Shown in pieces: positions 63,592-64,000 of a stretch of 64,000 nt of DNA. The notes beneath the pieces are model-generated. The model was not told where the DNA came from. It made no database searches and saw only the letters and a list, made by a program, of their open reading frames with translations. The first letter of the stretch is position 1. Every line of letters starts with the position of its first letter. This DNA is from Callorhinchus milii. Taxonomy: Eukaryota. Location: NCBI RefSeq assembly GCF_018977255.1, contig NW_024704742.1:125180001-125244000 (forward strand). The letters run 5' to 3'. Made by a program: the position numbers and the translations under genes.

Positions 63592-63995
63592 TCAGCCTGG
63601 CTCAGTCAGTAGCTGTTTCTCTCAGTAGAAATTCTGTGGGTTCAATCCTCATGTCAGGACTTTATGGTCACAGTCTAGCCTGACACTGCAATGCAGAGGG
63701 AATACTGCATTGTCTGAGATGCTGCCTTTTGGATGAAACAATAGATTGAGATCCATCCCCATGTTCATCTGAGGTCAAAGATCCAATGGCACGATTTGAA
63801 AAGGAAAGGAACTTTCTCTCAGTGTCCTGTTTACCAGATTTTTTTAACAAAAGTTATTCATTTCATGGCTGAATGTGGGACATTGTTGTACAAATTGACT
63901 GCTGTGTTTGCGTACAAATATTTTTAACAGATAAACTCTTTGAGATGTTTTTGCATGATAAAATGCTTTATCATAGGCAAGCATAAGATTATCAT
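63592..63995 (+). mobile_element. Deu-domain SINE, near full length
   Basis: cagcctggctcagtcagtagc head, gatgctgccttttggatgaaac...aaagatccaatggcac core, tail. Confidence 0.8.
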
Positions 63996-64000
63996 CATCA

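Overview
AT-rich, transposon-dense vertebrate DNA with no protein-coding gene, functional RNA gene or CRISPR array that I can support. The repeat mix suggests an intergenic or large intronic region of a cartilaginous fish, probably a chimaera/elephant-shark lineage (inference from repeat content only). It contains L2 LINEs with (TTG)n tails, CR1 LINE 3' ends, Deu-domain SINEs, a tRNA-Ala-headed CORE-like SINE with a (TAT)n tail, a Penelope-type palindrome and small MITE-like elements. Very roughly 40% of the window, judged by eye, is decayed non-LTR retroelements, often nested. The ORFs in the track that I can recognise are LINE fragments, their antisense frames or SINE-tail artefacts; the rest match nothing I know. 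The unique AT-rich stretches include enhancer-like blocks and a few unconfirmed exon-like segments. I found no new multi-gene system. The most notable observations are: (1) three L2 insertions at the same site inside Deu-SINE copies; (2) a fully paired 37-bp hairpin at 35174-35263; (3) a SINE joining CORE-like and Deu-like modules; (4) an exact 65-bp templated duplication; (5) repeated head-to-head retroelement pairs; (6) a Penelope palindrome with a decayed hammerhead-like core. Family names come from recalled consensus motifs, not database searches. Boundaries of old elements are approximate (tens of bp).
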